Below the pieces are notes generated by a model. It saw nothing but the letters and a program-made list of their open reading frames with translations. It was not told the DNA's origin and searched no databases. Positions 9,963 to 16,176 of a DNA stretch of 16,176 nucleotides are shown here, in pieces. Each line of letters begins with the position of its first letter. Within the stretch, counting starts at the first letter, position 1. The DNA comes from Octopus sinensis (Eukaryota). The DNA lies in NCBI RefSeq assembly GCF_006345805.1, contig NW_021825286.1:1-16176 (forward strand), written 5' to 3'. A program made the position numbers and the translations under genes.

Positions 9963-10474
9963 AACTTCTTCAAGTATGACTTGAAGAGGAAAGTGAGAGT
10001 AGAGAGGCAGTTTTGTCTAGTGAATGTTTTAAAAAAAGATGGGAATGTAGCAAGGATGGCACGTATGAATGACGAAGCCACCTTGACTATGATTCTATGA
10101 ACCGTAAAAATTATACAGAGGGTTGCTTATTTGCAAAAAAAAAAAAGAAATATAACATGTGACTTCATTGACCGAGGTTACCGTGGTCTTTTCCGTAGGC
10201 TTTTCTTTCCACGGGTAAACCTCACCTGTCCTCCCCTTTACACTTCATATTGACATTTCTGTGATAACGATCCCTATTGATCAATTTTTTCCTTCCTTTC
10301 CCTTCCCCCTTTTTTAAAAAAAATTTCATTCCCCCCTTTTTTTGTCCTCTTTCTTTCTTTTTACGATCCCTTTTGATCGAAAACCAAACCCCCTTCTTTT
10401 ACACCCAAAAGAAAAGCTCTACCTTGTAATTTTGTCCTGTCTGTGTGCAGCCCTGTGTGGCTAATAAAGAAACA
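9963..10474 (+). mobile_element. 5'-truncated LINE 3' end, possibly L1/Tx1-like
   Basis: Open frame 9963-10100 NFFKYDLKRKVRVERQ...NVARMARMNDEATLTMIL*, with LSSECFKKRW in a shifted frame; pyrimidine-rich 3' UTR; AATAAA at 10463-10468 just before (TATC)n. Clade call rests on a recalled resemblance of a short peptide. Confidence 0.6.
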
Positions 10475-10478
10475 TATC

Positions 10479-10568
<90 letters not shown>
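10475..10568. repeat. (TATC)n microsatellite
   Basis: Read directly. Confidence 0.95.
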
Positions 10569-11389
10569 GATGAAGTAATTGTTGTTGCTGATGTCTCCGC
10601 AGCAGTTAAATTCAATCCTGTTGTTAGTAATATTGTGGCCTCCTACCTCTGTTAGTGCTGTTGCTACAGTTTTTGCTGTTGCTCTTGTTGTTACTGTTGT
10701 GGACATATCTTCTTGCTGGACATATCTAGGATACAGTGCCACATTTCGTCTACATTTTCCAACATGCATGTTGTACTTCTAAATTCATTTTCATTTATAA
10801 AAATTTCTTGTTTGCCACAAATTTTGGGTAATTTTAGCCAATCGTAAGCTTCAGACATATTCATGTCTGCTTCCATAGAAGAAGCCAAACATGAGAACTC
10901 TTTTGTCTGCAAAAAAGCACGTGCTGACTAATATGTTCTACGCGAAAATGTTTGTCGATGCTGTGTACTGCCTGCTTGTCCCCCATCTGCTGCTTGTATC
11001 CTGGTCGAAAGATGTGCTAAAAATAACAGCCAAACAGGCCTTAAATCACGTACCCACACTTTGTTTTTTGTTTTTGCATAATCGTATGAATTCTCGAGTG
11101 TAGAATCCTAATTCGCAAACATTTTCTGAAAATTCCAAAAAATATAAAGAAGTTGTGAGGGGTTGTATGTCATGTGTAAAGCAGAAGTTGATATATTTAT
11201 AGTTTCACATTAAAACACGTTATGCACAAAATGACAGCTTTGAAATCCAGTTTTCCGACTGGAGGAAAATGATCAAACTTTAAACTTCTATAGCATTATC
11301 CAGCTTGGAAAGCTACAATAATACACCAAATTAAAAAAAAAATTCAATAAACTTTGAGATTTCCATGGCTGCAGCCTAACGGGAAAGGT

Positions 11390-12075
11390 CCAATAAGAGT
11401 AATGGTTTCAAATTTTGGCACAAGGCCAGCAGGTTTGGTGGCAGGTAAGTCAATTGCATAAACCCCAGTGTCCAACTCGACCTCGGCAGGATTTGAATCT
11501 AGAATGTAAAGACAAACGAAATGCATTTTTCCCAGTATGCTAACAATTCTTGGCACAAGATCTGATATTCTGGGTGAGGGTCGTCTAGCTGACTCCATCG
11601 ACCTCAGTACTTGGCTTGTATTTATTTTATCGACCCCCAAAAGAATGAAAGGCAAAGTGACCTCGGTGCAATTTGAACTCAGAACATAGACAAACGAAAT
11701 GCATTTTTCCCAGTATGCTAACGATTCTCGACACAAGATCTGATATTGTGGGTGAGGGTCATCTAGCTTACTCCATCGACCACAGTACTTGGCTTGTATT
11801 TATTTTATCGACCCCCAAAAGAATGAAAGGCAAAGTGACCTCGGTGCAATTTGAACTCAGAACATAGGCAAACGAAATGCATTTTTCCCAGTATGCTAAC
11901 GATTCTCGACACAAGATCTGATATTGTGGGTGAGGGTCATCTAGCTTACTCCATCGACCACAGTACTTGGCTTGTATTTATTTTATCGACCCCCAAAAGA
12001 ATGAAAAGCAAAGTGACCTCGGTGAAATTTGAACTCAGAACATAAGTAGGTGGACAAAATACCGCTATGCATTTT
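11390..12075 (-). mobile_element. Tandem array of decayed SINE copies, 178-bp period
   Basis: Anchors at 11511, 11689, 11867; shares the core TTATCGACCCC..GAATGAAAGGCAAAGT.ACCTCGG..ATTTGAACTCAGAAC with the 8896-9503 array. Confidence 0.9.
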
Positions 12076-12374
12076 GTCATTTTCCTTTTCTTCTCACCTT
12101 CCTTTCTCCCTTCTTCTTCGTCATCGTCGTTGCCAACTTCATCGACAACATCATCATCGCTGTCCAAGTTGCTGTTGTTATCGTTGTTTGCTGTTTACAG
12201 GTCACAGTTTGATGCACATCACCGAGCTTCAATCAACGAAAGAACGCAAAGCAGTTTGGAAATTTTTCCGAAAATTACTCTTAAACAGTTTCTTGAGTCC
12301 CCCACCCCCCACCACCACACCCTCACCCATTCACCCTGAGGCTATGTTTTGAAACATGTTTCACCAAAACAAAA

Positions 12375-12870
12375 CCACCACCACCACCACCACCACCACC
12401 ATCATCACCACCACCGTTATCATTACCATCACATCCGCCATGACGTCGACCAGCGCAATCACCACAACCTCCACCACCACCACCACCACCACTACCACCA
12501 CCATCAGCAACCACCACCACCACCACCACCACCACCATCACCACCACCACTACCATTATCATTACCATCACATCCGCCATGACGACGACCAGCGCCATCA
12601 CCACAACAACCTCGACCACCACCACCACCACCACCACAACCACCACCTTCGTCATCTCCACAAAGAACTCAGCTAAGAAGCCACAGTTGCACTACCACAC
12701 CGCCACCACTACCGCTGCCACCGCCACCAGTATAAATATCACCACCACTCTTATCGCTACCATCCTCAAAATCGCAGCCACCACCACCACCCCACAACCA
12801 CCACCAACATCAATAAAGACTCCAACAGCACCACAACCACCATCAACAACGTCAACAACAATAACAACTA
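12375..12870. repeat. (CAC/CAT)n mosaic with an internal 139-bp duplication
   Basis: CATTACCATCACATCCGCCATGACG occurs at 12421 and 12560. Confidence 0.9.
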
Positions 12871-13125
12871 AGTAGTATTATAATTAAGATAGTCATCGTA
12901 ATTAACATCAATATCAAACTTCAATTAAATCCCTTCTTTGAATCAAACCAAACAAGGTTTTTCTTTAAAACAAACACATAGATTTCGATGATGCAGTTTT
13001 CTGGTTGTTATAGTATTGAATAAATTTTGCTTTTTTGTTGTTTTTTTTATGGAAAAATCCTTGTTAAACGAGAGAACATGGATGGAAGTAGCAATTGCAT
13101 TTGTGTAGCTACTGGAGAGAGTTGT

Positions 13126-13250
13126 GGCTGTGTGGGTAAGAAGCTTGTTACACTGGCCGACATCTTGATTAAATGTCTTCAACTGGAGACTCGGGCCGAC
13201 CAAAGCATTGTGAGTGAAATTTGGTAGACTGAAACTGAAGGAAGATCGTT
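13126..13250 (+). mobile_element. Decayed SINE fragment, same family as 3003-3414
   Basis: Within-window homology described for 3003-3414. Confidence 0.75.
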
Positions 13251-13399
13251 GTTAATGTTCTGTTGTTTGTATTTGTATTTGTGTCACATTTTCGTATACA
13301 TTCGCTTGGTTTCTTCCAGGGAATCTAGTGCTGCGAGCTTAGATTTTCTTGGGGCCAGCCAGATTGGAGCAGTCTCAAGTGTGACTGGCTGAAATTGCT

Positions 13400-14394
13400 G
13401 AGAAAATCTGGAGCTCTGACAGATGGAGATCTTGGCAATTGACCTTATGGACTTCCTCGGATTGTATTCAATGGTTCAGTTGAACTTACTAGATAAATTC
13501 AAGTGTTCGGGTGATTTCAGAGCCTTTAGAATGCTTTGATTCTGGTGACACGATGACAGAACCGTTAGCACGCCGGGCGAAATGCGTAGCCGTATTTCGT
13601 CTGCCGTTACGTTCTGAGTTCAAATTTCGCCGAGGTCGACTTTGCCTTTCATCCTTTCGGGGTCGATAAATTAAGTACCAGTTACACACTGGGGTCGATA
13701 TAATCGACTTAATACATATGTCTGTCCTTGTTTGTCCTCTCTGTGTTTGACCCCTTGTGGGTAGTAAAGAAATAGGTATTTCGTCTGCCGTTATCTTCTG
13801 AGTTCAAATTCCGTCGAGGTCGACTTTGCCTTTCATCCTTTCGGGGTCGATTAAATAAGTACTAATTATGCACTGGGGTCGATGTAATCGACTTAATCCG
13901 TTTGTCTGTCCTTGTTTGTCCCCTCTGTGTTTGGCCCCTTGTGGGTATTAAAGAAATAGGTATTTCGTCTGCCGTTACGTTCTGAGTTCAAATTCCGCCG
14001 AGGTCGACTTTGCCTTTCATCCTTTCAGGGTTGATAAATTAGGTACCAGTTATGCACTGGGGTCGATGTAATCGACTTAATCCGTTTGTCTGTCCTTGTT
14101 TGTCCACTCTATGTTTAGCCCCTTGTGGGCAATAAATATATAGATTCTGGTGACACGCTTCCATCTTCAGTTTTTAGCTTCTTACAAACTTTGTAGACGA
14201 AAGATCTGGCAACTTTTCAAAATCGAGATATTTCTAAATCGCTATGCTCAGCCTTTATAACCACAATAACAGCATGCCTCTTCATATCTTGAGTAAGCTG
14301 AGTGTCTGCCATTATTATTTTCTGAAACAAAGACCATACAGTATAGCAAAAATGACCCCATAAAAGTATGTCCTCAAATACCATACGCACCCTG
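13400..14394 (-). mobile_element. Tc1/mariner-superfamily DNA transposon remnant, interrupted by a SINE trimer
   Basis: One end TA|CAGGGTG at 14394; ATG at 14312; MADTQLTQDMKRHAVIVVIKAEHSDLEISRF*KVARSFVYKVCKKLKTEDGSVSPES continues across the insertion into KHSKGSEITRTLEFI and, with frameshifts, TIEYNPRKSIRSIAK-DLHLSE (HTH-like N-terminus). Catalytic domain and second TIR not seen; left boundary approximate. Confidence 0.85.
13553..14142 (+). mobile_element. tRNA-derived SINE trimer with 15-bp TSD
   Basis: Partial head GACAGAACCGTTAGCACG; units at 13592, 13776, 13960 (period 184); TSD GATTCTGGTGACACG at 13538-13552 and 14143-14157. Confidence 0.95.
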
Positions 14395-14428
14395 TATATA
14401 AAGTAATAACTTTGTATGATAATACATG

Positions 14429-14432
<4 letters not shown>

Positions 14433-14470
<38 letters not shown>
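14433..14470. repeat. (CA)n microsatellite
   Basis: Read directly. Confidence 0.95.
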
Positions 14471-14473
<3 letters not shown>

Positions 14474-14732
14474 GTATGTTTATGTGTGTGTATTCGCATA
14501 CGTATACAGGTATGCATATCTTTGTGTGTGCGCGTGTGCAGTGTTTGCTCGTGCTTGCGTGCGTTTATAAATATTATATATACCTATATTTACATACATC
14601 TGCATATATATATATATATATATATTCAACCGATAAGGGTGAGAAAATTGGGTACTAATTAATAGCACATACATTTACCACCAAGTGGCTTAGTGCATAA
14701 AAAACCCGGACTACTACACATTTTATACATAA

Positions 14733-14817
14733 ATATAAGAGTGACTAGAAATAATTTCTTTTGTGGCTGAAACCTGCGGATCTATTTAGTGCTAGAGTAG
14801 ACCACATGGTGGTCACT

Positions 14818-14824
<7 letters not shown>
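14733..14824. mobile_element. Candidate 92-bp MITE
   Basis: Perfect 13-bp terminal inverted repeat ATATAAGAGTGAC / GTCACTCTTATAT in TA-rich context. Confidence 0.45.
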
Positions 14825-14860
<36 letters not shown>

Positions 14861-15030
14861 TAATATATATATAGATACATATGTGCCTGTAAATGCATTA
14901 ATATATATGTATCATAACTCATAGGTATGTGTGTATATATATATGTGTGTGGTGTGTGTGTGTGTATGTATGTATACACACACACACACGTATATATATA
15001 CATATACATATATATATATATATATGTGTG
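14821..15030. repeat. (TA)/(TG)/(CA) microsatellite mosaic
   Basis: Read directly. Confidence 0.9.
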
Positions 15031-15284
15031 AATATGATATGGTTTACCCTCGTGAAACACAGAAATCACATTATAGCGGCTGAGCCAGCCAAAATCACGG
15101 CATCTCCACTGACCCGTCCATCATTCTCAGGTCATTTGCGCTAAACTCAATTACCTCCATACTTCAATTTCGTATCAATAACCAAACCTCTTGCAACGAA
15201 ATATAGTTTCTAACACGTCATACTAATTATGTATATGCCTGTCTCTATTGATCTTTATTTCCCTTTCTTCATCTCTCTCTCTTC

Positions 15285-15326
<42 letters not shown>

Positions 15327-15402
15327 ATCTATCTATCTATCTATCATCTTATCATCTATCTATCCATCCTCTATCTATCTGTATCTGTCTGTCTATCTAT
15401 TC

Positions 15403-15455
<53 letters not shown>

Positions 15456-15458
15456 CTA

Positions 15459-15513
<55 letters not shown>

Positions 15514-15602
15514 CACTCTCTTTCTCTCTCTCTCTATCTATCTGTCTATCTGTCTGTCTGTCTGTCTGTCTGAATGTCTGTCTGTCACTGTCTGTCTGTC
15601 TG
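15285..15602. repeat. Degenerate (TCTA)n grading into (TCTG)n
   Basis: Read directly. Confidence 0.95.
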
Positions 15603-15679
15603 TCCAGTTTTCTTCCTCTTAACCTTTCACTTATTCACATATCCGTGAACCAGTATATACATTACTATTTATGGTTGGT

Positions 15680-15694
15680 CTTTCTTTCCTTTTT

Positions 15695-15726
<32 letters not shown>

Positions 15727-15960
15727 TTTTCTTTCATTGTTGCTTTCTTCTTTTTTTCATCTCTCTTCCCGAATGACGTATATGTGTGTACGTATATATG
15801 TAAGTATATGTGTGTGTGTATGTTTTCTATATATATAATATATATATAGTAATATATATATAGATATATATATATATATATATATAATATATATATGTAC
15901 ATACATATATGCACATACACGCATGCATGCACTCGCTCACGCGCACTCACGCACACTCAC
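15680..15960. repeat. (TTTC)n followed by (TA)/(CA) mosaic
   Basis: Read directly. Confidence 0.9.
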
Positions 15961-16011
15961 GGTTGTATATCTACTTACATACTGACCCCCGGTCTAGCTA
16001 TCTCTCCCTCC

Positions 16012-16176
16012 ACCTACCTAACCTACTACCTACCTACCTCTACCTACCTACCTACTTACCTACCTACCTACCTACCTACCTACCTACCTACCTACCTACC
16101 TACCTACCTACCTACCTACCTACCTACCACCTACCCTACCTACCTACCTACCTACCTACTTACCTACCTACCTACT
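16012..16176. repeat. (CCTA)n microsatellite
   Basis: Read directly; runs to the window end. Confidence 0.95.

Noticed and set aside
11673-12045. Duplicated 64-aa ORFs
   Set aside because: Artefact of the 178-bp SINE tandem repeat.
14788-14819. Helitron 3' end (hairpin plus CTAG on the minus strand)
   Set aside because: CTAG overlaps the hairpin instead of lying some bases downstream; no 5' end identified.

Overview
Non-coding, repeat-dense eukaryotic DNA with no supportable host gene. Inference from repeat style: a coleoid cephalopod, probably Octopus. The window is a mosaic of microsatellites and mobile elements: a 5'-truncated RLE-type (R4/Dong-like) LINE and a 552-bp unclassified element inside one (TAA)n array; a 5'-truncated LINE 3' end (possibly L1/Tx1-like) between two (TATC)n arrays; a decayed Tc1/mariner transposase split by a SINE insertion; nested tRNA-derived SINEs; and three tandem SINE arrays. 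The best structural signal is a SINE with one head and three 184-bp bodies bounded by a single perfect 15-bp target-site duplication, with the same junction repeated in a second trimer on the opposite strand. Most ORFs in the supplied track are microsatellite artefacts. I see no evidence of a novel protein-coding system; the interest lies in mobile-element biology.
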